Virus record (IMG/VR): IMGVR_UViG_3300033405_000003 | DNA: 64,000 nt | Strand: one strand, 5' to 3' | Origin: a virus | Lineage: Duplodnaviria; Caudoviricetes | In this document: positions 8,567 to 17,347 of the stretch, piece by piece | How the letters are laid out: every line of letters begins with the position of its first letter | Position numbering within the stretch: position 1 is the stretch's first letter | Notes under the pieces: generated by a model | The model's database searches: none | What the model saw: only the letters and a program-made list of their open reading frames with translations | Told to the model about the DNA's origin: nothing | Translations under genes and position numbers: made by a program

Positions 8567-10119
8567 TGGATCTCGCTCTCGTTCTCTTCGGCCTCGCGGA
8601 GGGGGCTCTTGCGTTTGTCTTTCTTGATTTTCGATTGCTTGGGCTCGGGCGGCACGATCACGAAGCCCTCGAGCAGGTCGAACGCCTCCTCGAGCGACGT
8701 GACGGGATAATACCTCTCGTTGAGGTTCACCTCCTCGTCCGAGAGCGGCATCGCCAGTGCTTGTGACGCCTCGGGCCCGAAGTCGTAGGACGGGCGCCTG
8801 GGGCCCACGATCATGTCGAAGTGCATCGACATCGCGGTCTTGATGCGAGCGTCGATGTACGTGACCGGGCGGACTTCGCCCGCGAGGCCGACCTCGCCGA
8901 AGGCGACAAAGGACGGGGGCAAGGCAGTGCCGAGCGCGAACGACGCGAGGGCGAGCGCTAGCGGCAGATCGAGCGCCGGGTCCTTCACGTCGTCGAGGCC
9001 TCCAGGCAGGTTCACGAAGACCTCGCGGTTCAAGTCCAGGCCGAGCCGCCGCTGGAGGATCGCGATGATCTGCGTCGCGCGCTGGCTCGAGAGGCCCGTG
9101 ATCACGCGCTTGTGCTGCGCGCTCGACGCCCCGTTCGAGGAGGACGGGCCGAGGAGCGTCTGGAACTCGACCGCGTACGGGCGCGGGCCCGTCGCGACGA
9201 GGCCAATGCACACGCCCTCCTTGCCGTCCTTGTGGTGCTGCAGGAGCAGCTCGCTCGGGTTCTCGATCGAGCGCAGGCCCTCGCGGGTCATCCGGAAGAG
9301 GGCCATCTCCTCCGTCGAGCCGAAGCGGTTCTTGTTCGCGCGGATGGAGCGGATGTCTCCGAGCCCCTCCTTGTGGAACTCGAGCGTCGCGTCGACGAGG
9401 TGCTCGAGGACCTTCGGGCCCGCGATGGTCCCGTCCTTCGTCACGTGGGCCACGAAGAAACAGCCGATGCCGCGCCGCTTGCAGAGGTCGCGGAGGTAGA
9501 GCGCGCACTCCCGCACCTGCGTCACGGTGCCGGCGGCCCCGTCGACGCCCGGCATCACCATGGTCTGGATGCTGTCCACGATGAGGATGTCCGGGTCAAG
9601 CTCGGCGATCTGCTTGCCGACCTCCGTGACGTCGGACTCGTTGTGGAGGTAGAGCTTCTTCGACTCCCTCGAGAGGCGGACCGCGCGGCCCTTGATCTGC
9701 GAGGTCGTCTCCTCGGCCGAAACGTAGAGGATGACGAGGTCGTCGATCCGCTCGCCCGTCTGGTCGTCCGTCATCGGGGCCACCGAGAGGTCGATGCAGA
9801 CCTGGAGGAGCAGCGTGCTCTTGCCGATGCCCGGGTCGCCCGCGATCAGCACCGTCGAGCCCGTGACGATGCCCCCGCCGAGCACGCGGTCGAACTCGCG
9901 CGTCCCGGTCGAGATGCGCTCGTAGTCGGCCTCCGGCACGTCCGCGAGGAGCTGCGGCTTCTGGCCCGCGCCGATCCAGCGGTTGCCGGTTGAGGTCACG
10001 TCGCCGACCGCGATCGTGCCGGACGCGCCGCAGTGCGGGCAGGACGGGACCCAGTCCGGGCCGACGCCGCGCATGCAGGCCGTGCAGTGGTGGCCGATGG
10101 GTTTGCTCCGGTCGATCAT
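8563..10119 (-). CDS. radA: DNA repair/branch-migration protein RadA/Sms
   Basis: N-terminal C4 Zn finger, GDPGIGKS, IVDSIQ, KNRFG motif, Lon-like C-terminal domain. Confidence 0.95.
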   Translation of the reverse strand: MIDRSKPIGHHCTACMRGVGPDWVPSCPHCGASGTIAVGDVTSTGNRWIGAGQKPQLLADVPEADYERISTGTREFDRVLGGGIVTGSTVLIAGDPGIGKSTLLLQVCIDLSVAPMTDDQTGERIDDLVILYVSAEETTSQIKGRAVRLSRESKKLYLHNESDVTEVGKQIAELDPDILIVDSIQTMVMPGVDGAAGTVTQVRECALYLRDLCKRRGIGCFFVAHVTKDGTIAGPKVLEHLVDATLEFHKEGLGDIRSIRANKNRFGSTEEMALFRMTREGLRSIENPSELLLQHHKDGKEGVCIGLVATGPRPYAVEFQTLLGPSSSNGASSAQHKRVITGLSSQRATQIIAILQRRLGLDLNREVFVNLPGGLDDVKDPALDLPLALALASFALGTALPPSFVAFGEVGLAGEVRPVTYIDARIKTAMSMHFDMIVGPRRPSYDFGPEASQALAMPLSDEEVNLNERYYPVTSLEEAFDLLEGFVIVPPEPKQSKIKKDKRKSPLREAEENESEIQ

Positions 10120-10126
10120 GGCGTCG

Positions 10127-10690
10127 TTACTTAACCATCGAATACAGGAGCGCAGTTCCCCCGAGGACGCCGAGCCCCACGAGGACGTACTTCGCGATCT
10201 TCACCGTCTCCTCGTGCTCCTTCGCGGTCCGGTCGACCTGGTCGAGCGTGCGCGTGGCCCTGTCGCGCACGGCCGCGATGGATCTCCGCGCCTCCGCCGC
10301 CGCCAGCGTCGCCTCGTCGGCGGCCGTGGACGCTTTCTGCGTCACCTCGCCGAACGGCTTGAAGCTCGGCAAGCCGCTCGAGACTCCCTGGCTCAAGTTC
10401 TTCCACGCGCCCTCCGCCGCGGTTCCGAGCGTCCCGAGCTTCTCCCCGAATTTCTCGGCCCACTCCCGGCCGTATTGCGGCAAGGAGCCGAGGTCGAGGC
10501 CGGCGAACTCCGGCCCGTGGGGCCAGGCGTAGTCGGCGCTCCACCCGGGGTGCTCCGGGCCGTTCCACCACTCGAGCGGCGGTGGGCCGTCGTGGAGGAC
10601 GTACCGCTGGGGATCGTACGGGTGCCCGAACGCCCACCCCCACTCGTCAGGGGGCGCGTAGCAGGGATAGGCATAGGGTCCGTACATCAT
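10127..10690 (-). CDS. membrane protein with aromatic N-terminal leader and C-terminal TM
   Basis: Y/W/P-rich leader ending EFAG, coiled coil, TM helix. Confidence 0.75.
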   Translation of the reverse strand: MMYGPYAYPCYAPPDEWGWAFGHPYDPQRYVLHDGPPPLEWWNGPEHPGWSADYAWPHGPEFAGLDLGSLPQYGREWAEKFGEKLGTLGTAAEGAWKNLSQGVSSGLPSFKPFGEVTQKASTAADEATLAAAEARRSIAAVRDRATRTLDQVDRTAKEHEETVKIAKYVLVGLGVLGGTALLYSMVK

Positions 10691-10696
10691 GCGCTG

Positions 10697-11008
10697 TTAC
10701 CAGCGGCGGAAGTGCTCGCGCTCGCGGCCCTCGTGGCCCCAGCCCTCGTGCTCGTGCTCGTGGCCCCAGCCGCGGCCCCAGCCGCCGTGCTCCCAGCCCG
10801 TGAACTCGCCCTTCGCGGCCAGCATCCCGATGGGCCTGCCGGTCTCGGCCATCGCGTACCCGGCCACCATCGTGGCGCCGCCGCCCACGGCCGCGTACTT
10901 GAGGATCTTGCCCCAGTCGAGGCCGCGCGCGCGCTTGCGTCCGAAGATAAAGCTCGCGACCGTCCCGATGCCCGCGCCCACGAGGGCTGCCTTCTTGTAA
11001 TCGACCAT
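10697..11008 (-). CDS. small 2-TM protein with W/H/E/R tail
   Basis: Two Gly/Ala-rich TMs; FTG-WEHGGWGRGWGHEHEHE. Confidence 0.75.
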   Translation of the reverse strand: MVDYKKAALVGAGIGTVASFIFGRKRARGLDWGKILKYAAVGGGATMVAGYAMAETGRPIGMLAAKGEFTGWEHGGWGRGWGHEHEHEGWGHEGREREHFRRW

Positions 11009-11047
11009 GATGAGTTCTCCTTGTTCTTGATTTGAGAATTGTTTCGT

Positions 11048-11461
11048 CTACCACCAGCGGCGCTCGTGGTGGCGTTCCCACGGGCGCTCGCGCCACTCCT
11101 CGCGACGCTCCCACGGTTCCCAGCCCGCCCTCGGCGCGGGCAGGGGGCGCGGCCCTTCGAGGCGGTCCAGCATGGACAGGGACTTCTCGGGGTTCTTCGT
11201 GCCCATCACCGTGAGCGCGAGCCACCCGAGGCCGAGCGCGCCTCCCCAGAAAGGGCTCCGCTTGTAGACGCCGTACACGATGAGCCCCGCGCCGAGGTCA
11301 GCCGTGAGCGCGCCGCCGGTCGTCCACGACTGGAACTCGGCCTTGTGGGCTTCGCTCGGCGTCGCCGCGACGGCCTGCGAGGAGCGCCTCTCGATCATGC
11401 TGCCGGCGATGCTGAGCGCGATGCCTGTCTTGATGAACGGGAAGTCTTTTTCTTCGAGCAT
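11048..11461 (-). CDS. membrane protein with W/E/R tail
   Basis: Start MLEEKDF; RAG-WEPWERREEW...RRWW. Confidence 0.7.
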   Translation of the reverse strand: MLEEKDFPFIKTGIALSIAGSMIERRSSQAVAATPSEAHKAEFQSWTTGGALTADLGAGLIVYGVYKRSPFWGGALGLGWLALTVMGTKNPEKSLSMLDRLEGPRPLPAPRAGWEPWERREEWRERPWERHHERRWW

Positions 11462-11472
11462 GTTCTTTCTCC

Positions 11473-11757
11473 TCAACGCGTGCGTGTGTGGTGCGCGTGA
11501 CGCATGCGGCGGCGGCGCCTCGCGAGAGAGGTCCTCGAGAGCGGGCCGTGGTGGTGCTTGAGGCCGCGCACGTTGAGCGCGAACTGGGCCATGTGCCCGA
11601 CGTGGCCGCCCTTGTGGACCTCCTTCTCGAGTTCGCGCGTCGGGATGTGCTCGCCGGGGGCGTAGCCCATCGCACGGTGGAGCGCTCCCTTGTGCTTCTT
11701 GACGCCGGTCGGCCCGATCCACTTGTACGGGCGCTTCTTCTTCCTCGCCATCGTCAT
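11473..11757 (-). CDS. small basic phage protein (putative DNA-binding/core)
   Basis: KWI...KGALHRAMG...GEHIP; Arg/His-rich tail. Confidence 0.7.
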   Translation of the reverse strand: MTMARKKKRPYKWIGPTGVKKHKGALHRAMGYAPGEHIPTRELEKEVHKGGHVGHMAQFALNVRGLKHHHGPLSRTSLARRRRRMRHAHHTRTR

Positions 11758-12350
11758 GCTCCTGTCTGCGCTGCCTGCGCGGCCACGGCGCCCATGTGCG
11801 CGCGATCCTGCGCGTTGATGCACCCGATCGAGTACCGGACGAGCAGCGCCGTCCGGCCGTCCATCCTGCCCGTCGCCGGCTCGCCGAAGCGCGCCTGCAG
11901 GCTCCTCACAGCCGCGCGCGTCTCTGGGCCCGGGACGCCGTCCTCCGCGAGCGGCGGCTGCGCGCCGAGGACGTTCAGGTCCTTCTGCGCGGAGAGCACG
12001 TCGAGCGGCGCCGAGAGCACGCGGAATGCCTGCACGACCTCCGCCGGCGCCTGCATGAGCGAGACGATGTCGGCGGCGAGGGCCTGGGGCTTGTACGTGT
12101 CGAGGATCTGCGCGGCGACCGTCGCTTCGTGGAGGTGCTGGAGGTAGTCGGCCGTCGTCGCGGGCGCCGGGCGCCGCGGGAGAAGAAGACGCTCGCGCGC
12201 GGGCGGGCGCGGAAAGGGATAATGGGCGCCCGTGACCGGCCCCGCGGGCCCCGTCATCTGCCGCTCGCGCGCGATCCGCGCCTCGGCGTGGCGCTGGGCG
12301 AGGATCCAGATCAGGAAGCCGCCGGGGAGGAGCCAGAAGAGGAGCGGCAT
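11754..12350 (-). CDS. N-anchored peptidoglycan-binding (PG_binding_1-like) protein
   Basis: EDGVPGPETRAAVRSLQ...ATGRMDGRT. Confidence 0.8.
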   Translation of the reverse strand: MPLLFWLLPGGFLIWILAQRHAEARIARERQMTGPAGPVTGAHYPFPRPPARERLLLPRRPAPATTADYLQHLHEATVAAQILDTYKPQALAADIVSLMQAPAEVVQAFRVLSAPLDVLSAQKDLNVLGAQPPLAEDGVPGPETRAAVRSLQARFGEPATGRMDGRTALLVRYSIGCINAQDRAHMGAVAAQAAQTGA

Positions 12351-12351
12351 G

Positions 12352-12873
12352 TCAGGTGCTCCCCGCCACGGCCGCGGCGAGCGCGGCGTTGGTCCTCGGG
12401 TCGATGATCCCGTCGATGTCGAGATCGTGGAGCGACTGGAAGCGCTTCACCGCGAGGGTCGTCGCGTCGTCCTGTACGCCCGTGAGCGGCACCGCGTAGC
12501 CGAGCTGCCGGAGCATCCTCTGGGCGTGCCACACCATGGCCGAGTGCCCGAAGGCTTGCCCGACGTGGTGCGGCGAGTTCGCCCGCGAGACTTCGGCGGC
12601 GCGCTTGCCCACCGTCGCGGCGGTCTGGTCGAACCCCGCGGCGGCGAGCTTGGCCCCGAGCACCGAGAGGACCGCGGGGTCGTGCTCGCCCGCGAGCGCG
12701 GTCAGCACGGCCGAGCGCGTCGGAGCGTCAAGCTCCGGGTCGAGCGAGTGGGCGAGCGCGGAGCCGTTGTGGTCTTTGTAGCGCCTCCGCGACGAGAAAA
12801 TGAGCAGACCCATGCCGATGGCGGCGCCCGCCACCACGGCTTTCTTCGCTGGGGTCCACTCGATCATCGACAT
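12352..12873 (-). CDS. N-anchored peptidoglycan-binding protein
   Basis: AQRMLRQLGY...AVKRFQSLHDLDIDGIIDPRT. Confidence 0.85.
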   Translation of the reverse strand: MSMIEWTPAKKAVVAGAAIGMGLLIFSSRRRYKDHNGSALAHSLDPELDAPTRSAVLTALAGEHDPAVLSVLGAKLAAAGFDQTAATVGKRAAEVSRANSPHHVGQAFGHSAMVWHAQRMLRQLGYAVPLTGVQDDATTLAVKRFQSLHDLDIDGIIDPRTNAALAAAVAGST

Positions 12874-12874
12874 C

Positions 12875-13405
12875 TCAGAGCTGCGGCGGCTGTTGCGGCG
12901 GCGGTTGCTGGTTTGGGAACATGGCGACCATCACTCCCTTGCTCCCGTCGCCGAACGGCATCCCGTGCTGCGGAGGCGGCGCTTGGTTCGGGTACTGCTG
13001 CACGGCGCCCCCGCCCCCGGCGTAGGCTTGCTGGCTCGGCTGGCCCTGGCCCGGCTGGTTCGGGTACTGCTGGACCATCACGCCCTGGCTCCCCGGCTGG
13101 TGCTGGATCGGGGCCTGGACTCCCACCCCGACCTGGTTCTGCGGCATCAGCGCGAGCGTCGAGCCATCGTTGCACACGAACGTCGCGCGGAGCGTGCCCA
13201 TCGCGGCGCACTGCCCGAGGCACTCGCGGATGAGGATGAAGGCGGTCGGGTTCGCCGAGCGCGTGTCCGAGCGGCTCGCGAGCCCGCCGAGCACCGTGGG
13301 CAGAAGGCTGAAGAAGACCTGGAGGTCCGTCGGCCGCGGGTCCTGGAACTTCACGCCGGGGAGCACGTCCGAGGCGGTGACTGCGGTCTTGTCTTTCTCG
13401 TCCAT
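12875..13405 (-). CDS. hypothetical protein with Q/P tail; paralog of 50809..51750
   Basis: Shared LxPxVL...RECxGxCAxxG motif. Confidence 0.7.
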   Translation of the reverse strand: MDEKDKTAVTASDVLPGVKFQDPRPTDLQVFFSLLPTVLGGLASRSDTRSANPTAFILIRECLGQCAAMGTLRATFVCNDGSTLALMPQNQVGVGVQAPIQHQPGSQGVMVQQYPNQPGQGQPSQQAYAGGGGAVQQYPNQAPPPQHGMPFGDGSKGVMVAMFPNQQPPPQQPPQL

Positions 13406-13441
13406 GGTCGGGTCCTCTTTCTCTTTCCTCGCAATTTGAGA

Positions 13442-13630
13442 TTATCGGTAGTCGTCGTAGTAGCCGGCGGCCTGGTGGTCGCTGTAGCCGCGCTGCGCCT
13501 CGGCTGGGGCGTCCTCGTGGTACTGCGCGTCGGCGTCCCCGTATTGCGCGTCCGCGGTCGCGGCGCCGCCGCCCGGGAGGTGCCGGTAGAACTTCACGAG
13601 CCACTGGGCCTCTTGGAGCGTGAATCCCAT
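13442..13630 (-). CDS. small hypothetical protein
   Basis: MGFTLQEAQW...AAGYYDDYR, 62 aa. Confidence 0.55.
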   Translation of the reverse strand: MGFTLQEAQWLVKFYRHLPGGGAATADAQYGDADAQYHEDAPAEAQRGYSDHQAAGYYDDYR

Positions 13631-13631
13631 G

Positions 13632-15269
13632 TCAGAGCCCGTGTCCCCAGCCGCCGAAGCTCCCCCAGCTCCCGTAGCCGCCGAGCCCACCGAGGCCGCC
13701 CTCGCCGATGTAGCCGTAGCCGCCGTAGTCGCCGGTGGGCTGCATCGGGTAGTAGGCGCTGCCGCCCGACGGCTCGTGCGGCGGGTAGTACGCGCCCCCC
13801 TGGAGCCCTTGCTGCGGGAAGTACGAATACTCGTCTCCTGGCGCGGGCCACCAACCTTGCGCGACTTCGGTGCCTGCTTGCGCTCCGGCGTCCGTGGCGG
13901 CATCGGTCCCCGCGGCGCCCGGTAGCGCTGTCGCCGCCATCGCGCCCCCACCGCCGATGGGTATCCCGACGGGCGTCTGCGCTTCCATTGACTGGTCGTC
14001 TTGGTCCATCGGCGGCTGCGGCTGCTGCATCGGCTGCTGCATCGGGTGCCGATGATGGTGGCGGCGGTGGTGGTGTCGCATCATCTCGGCCTGCTGTTGC
14101 TCAGCGAGCTGCTCCGGCGTCAGGTGACGCCGGTGATGGCGACGGTGCATGGGAGGCATCTCCTCCTCCATCTCGCCCGGGAAACCCTGCTGCGGCATCA
14201 TCCCGCGACCACGGCCGAAATGTTCGTGCTCGCGTCCGCGGCCAAAATGTTCGTGCTCACGCCCACGACCGAATTGTGGGTGGCCGTGGCCGAATTGCTC
14301 GTGCCCGCGTCCACCGTGGCCGAACTGCTCGTGTCCGCGGCCAAACTGTTCGTGCCCGCGCCCGTGCTCGTGGCCGTTCCAGCCCGTAGCGATGGGTCCC
14401 CAGCCTGCGGCTTCAGGCACGACGACTTCCTCGACGACGGGCGGGTGCCAGTGGTGGTGATGGTGGTGGCGCCAGCGTCCGAACTCGTCCCAGTAACCGA
14501 CAACCTCGGGCACGACGACTTCATCGACGACGGGCGGGTGCCAGTGGTGGTGATGATGATGGCGCCAGCGTCCGAACTCGTCCCAGTAGCCGACCACGTG
14601 GGGCGCCGCGCCTTGGCCGAGCGCCTCCATGCGGAGCGCCTTCGCGGTCTCCTGGTCGAGCATCCCCGACGTCGGCAGGTGCACCTCGGCCTGGAAGATG
14701 GTGATGAGGTGCGCGGTCTCCGCGTCGAGCACGTTGGTGATGGGGAGCGGCAGCGGGACGCCCTCGACGTGGAGGTGCCCCTGGCGCGTCGCGAGCACGT
14801 TGAGGAGCACCTGCGCCTCGCACGGCGTCATGGGCGAGTCGATCGGGACAGCGCCTGCCGGCGGTGCGGCGGCTGCGACCCCTTCGATCTGCTTCTTGTG
14901 GAGGTCGACGTCGCTGGCTCCGGTCGCCATCGCCTCGCCGACGGCGTTCGCCTTCGCGGCGAGCGCGAGCGCGCTGTTCTCGTTGCCGAGCGCGCTCTGC
15001 GCGACCGCGTGCGCCGCGATCTTCTTCGGGTCCGTCTCGGTCGTGAGCAGGGTGTTCACCTGCTTGACCTGGTCGGTCGACATGTGCGGGTCGAGCGCCA
15101 CCGTGGGACTCGGTGTCGGCACGCTCGTCACCTTGACCTTCTCGAGCGCGACGACCTTGTCGGCCGGCGTCGCGAGGAGGCGGGCGAAGGGCGACCACGC
15201 CGGGTTCTTGTCCTTCTCGTAGAGGTAGAAGACGACGCCGCCGAGGATCAGGATCGGGATCGGTCCCAT
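13632..15269 (-). CDS. N-anchored PG-binding protein with His/Gly/Arg repeat region
   Basis: Start MGPIPILILGG after GGAGG; IFQAEVHLPTSGMLDQET; GRGHEQF repeats. Confidence 0.8.
   Translation of the reverse strand: MGPIPILILGGVVFYLYEKDKNPAWSPFARLLATPADKVVALEKVKVTSVPTPSPTVALDPHMSTDQVKQVNTLLTTETDPKKIAAHAVAQSALGNENSALALAAKANAVGEAMATGASDVDLHKKQIEGVAAAAPPAGAVPIDSPMTPCEAQVLLNVLATRQGHLHVEGVPLPLPITNVLDAETAHLITIFQAEVHLPTSGMLDQETAKALRMEALGQGAAPHVVGYWDEFGRWRHHHHHHWHPPVVDEVVVPEVVGYWDEFGRWRHHHHHHWHPPVVEEVVVPEAAGWGPIATGWNGHEHGRGHEQFGRGHEQFGHGGRGHEQFGHGHPQFGRGREHEHFGRGREHEHFGRGRGMMPQQGFPGEMEEEMPPMHRRHHRRHLTPEQLAEQQQAEMMRHHHRRHHHRHPMQQPMQQPQPPMDQDDQSMEAQTPVGIPIGGGGAMAATALPGAAGTDAATDAGAQAGTEVAQGWWPAPGDEYSYFPQQGLQGGAYYPPHEPSGGSAYYPMQPTGDYGGYGYIGEGGLGGLGGYGSWGSFGGWGHGL
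14416..14600 (-). repeat. 93-bp tandem duplication encoding VVGYWDEFGRWRHHHHHHWHPPVVxEVVVPE x2
   Basis: Near-identical units at 14416 and 14509. Confidence 0.9.
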
Positions 15270-15271
15270 GT

Positions 15272-15793
15272 TCACCTCCGCCGTCCGCCGTGGGGCCCGC
15301 CGAAGTGCGGGTGCGGCTGGTACTGCGGCGGCATGAAAGGCTGCTGCCCACCGTCGCCGCCGAAGCCCCCGCCACCGCCCTCGTCGCCGAACTGCTGCTG
15401 GTAGTGGTGGTGCGGGTGGAAATGCCCCCCGCCTCCCCCGCGACCGACGGCCATGTAGCCGGCGTACGGCGGGTGGACCGCGCCCGGGACGTTGCACGGG
15501 CACTTGTAGACAGGGAGCGTCGGGTCGAGCGGGTCGAGGCTCATCGGGCAGAGGCAGTTGCGTGGGTCCGGTGGCGGCGGGGGCGTCCTGCCGTCTCCCA
15601 CGTAACCGTAGTGCCCGACGATCGCGGGGCCCGACTGGACGCCGGCGAAGTAACCCGTCGCGTGCGCCTCGCGAAGGTTCTTCGACTCGCGGCGCTTCCA
15701 GCGCTCGCCTTTGTCGTCCTCGAGCCAACGGTACACCGCGTAGCCGCCGATGCCGACGGCCGCGATGGTGAGGATTGTTCCGAGATCGCTCAT
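15272..15793 (-). CDS. N-anchored membrane protein with Cys/Pro/Gly-rich tail
   Basis: TM helix; GVQSGPAIVG motif shared with 17348..18022. Confidence 0.75.
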   Translation of the reverse strand: MSDLGTILTIAAVGIGGYAVYRWLEDDKGERWKRRESKNLREAHATGYFAGVQSGPAIVGHYGYVGDGRTPPPPPDPRNCLCPMSLDPLDPTLPVYKCPCNVPGAVHPPYAGYMAVGRGGGGGHFHPHHHYQQQFGDEGGGGGFGGDGGQQPFMPPQYQPHPHFGGPHGGRRR

Positions 15794-15809
15794 GTCTGGT
15801 CTCTTTCTT

Positions 15810-16265
15810 TCATCCGCGGAGCTGTTCGTAGGTGACGTGCTGCGGCATCCCGAGGATGGCCGAAGGGTCCTCGATCTGCTCGTGGATGCGCACTTGGATG
15901 TGGTAGACGGTCATCGGCGGCTCGAGGCCGCGCGGGTCTGGGTGGTAGGTCACCTTGATGTGCGGGTAGACGTCGTCGAAGCCCTGGTGGCGCAATTCCG
16001 CGATTCTCCAACAGGCAAAATCCTTGCAATCTCCGCTACCTAGCGCGATTGTTTGAGGTATATCCTGCCATGAGTCCAGACCGGACGGTCGAACCTTGAG
16101 GACGTACTGCGGCGCGAATTCGTAGAGCGACGGCAGCCCCGGGTTCTCGATGATGTAGTTCCAGTCCGCGACGATCAGGAACTCGAGCGCCGCGCGCAGG
16201 ACGATCTGCTTTCGCTGCACGGGCAGCGACGAGAACGAGAGGAGTTCGAACTTCGGCGTGTACAT
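15810..16265 (-). CDS. transglutaminase-fold cysteine protease candidate
   Basis: GDCKD (Cys), YHIQV (His), EDPS (Asp) in the order typical of the fold. Confidence 0.75.
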   Translation of the reverse strand: MYTPKFELLSFSSLPVQRKQIVLRAALEFLIVADWNYIIENPGLPSLYEFAPQYVLKVRPSGLDSWQDIPQTIALGSGDCKDFACWRIAELRHQGFDDVYPHIKVTYHPDPRGLEPPMTVYHIQVRIHEQIEDPSAILGMPQHVTYEQLRG

Positions 16266-16268
16266 CGC

Positions 16269-17117
16269 CTACTTCGTCCCCTCGGCGGCCTTCTCGATCG
16301 CCTCGATGCGCGCGCGGGTCTCCTCCTCGTACTTCTTCTGGAGGACGGCGAACTCCTCCTCGACGTTCACGAGGACGATCCCGCCGCCAATCTCCACCGC
16401 CTCGGCGGAGCGGTTCGAGAGGCTCACCGTCATGATGATCCCCGGGACGATCATGTCCGGGACCTCGAATGCGCCGGGCACCATGGCGACGGCCATCGGG
16501 ACGGGCGTGCTCGACAGGAAGAACGAGTCCTTGCCGAGGCGGAAGTCGTTGATGAAGAGAGCGTCCTTGTCCCCGATGATCTCGGCGGCGAAGCGCTTGA
16601 AGCGGCTCGCGACCTCGGGCTGCCATTGGACAATGACCGTCGAGTTGGGCGGGACGGCGAGCGCGGTCGGGACCTGCTCTCGCGCCACGTGCGCCCCCAT
16701 GGGGAGCTTCCACTGGAGCCGCATCATGCCCGCCCGCTCGCCCTCGACCTGCGCGAGCACGCCGCAGGTGATCTCCGTGGTCGTCGCCATGATCCTCCTC
16801 GCGACGTGCTCGGGGATCTCAAGGCGCGCCCATTGGCCGGGCAGCACGATCTCGGGCTCGACTTGGAACGTCTCGCCGGCGACGTAGAAGCCGGTCACCC
16901 TGCAGGGGAGCTGGGGCATCGTCTCGACGAAGAGCCGTGCGTCTTCGCGTTCGTTGTCGCGCGTCGCGAACGGCAGGGCGTATTCACCCTTCGGCTTGCG
17001 CGCGCTCCCGAGCACGGCGCTCGAACGCACCGAGCTGCACTTTGGTCCCCTGGGGGCGTCCGGGGACATGTCGCTCGGGTGGTTCGGGTACTGCGCCACC
17101 ATTTTGCCGGCACTCAT
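16269..17117 (-). CDS. beta-sandwich protein, paralog of 17348..18022 (minor capsid candidate)
   Basis: INDFRLGKDS and PGIIMTVSLSN match the neighbour. Confidence 0.6.
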   Translation of the reverse strand: MSAGKMVAQYPNHPSDMSPDAPRGPKCSSVRSSAVLGSARKPKGEYALPFATRDNEREDARLFVETMPQLPCRVTGFYVAGETFQVEPEIVLPGQWARLEIPEHVARRIMATTTEITCGVLAQVEGERAGMMRLQWKLPMGAHVAREQVPTALAVPPNSTVIVQWQPEVASRFKRFAAEIIGDKDALFINDFRLGKDSFFLSSTPVPMAVAMVPGAFEVPDMIVPGIIMTVSLSNRSAEAVEIGGGIVLVNVEEEFAVLQKKYEEETRARIEAIEKAAEGTK

Positions 17118-17281
17118 GGAGACCTCGCTGCGTTCGGACCGTGGAAGAAAATCAAAGCTCTAAAACCGAGGACGCCCGCCTCCTCATCCCGCGATGAGGG
17201 GGAGAGGAGGCGGGCGTTCGGGCCAGATATCCGGACCCCCTGGCCGGGGCTAGGTAGGCAGAAAGAGTGTAACGGCCTAAC

Positions 17282-17339
17282 CGGATTCCTTGCTCGATGC
17301 GCGAGCAATGGCGCACTCCTCGGAATCCGAGGAATGCGC
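17282..17339 (-). terminator. overlapping alternative hairpins downstream of the capsid candidate
   Basis: CGGATTCC/GGAATCCG, TTGCTCG/CGAGCAA, GCGCACTCCTCGGA/TCCGAGGAATGCGC; no clear U-tract. Confidence 0.45.
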
Positions 17340-17347
17340 CCGCCCTT

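Noticed and set aside
13632-15269. RiPP multi-core precursor
   Set aside because: No modifying enzymes or exporter; repeats sit within a TM/PG-binding protein
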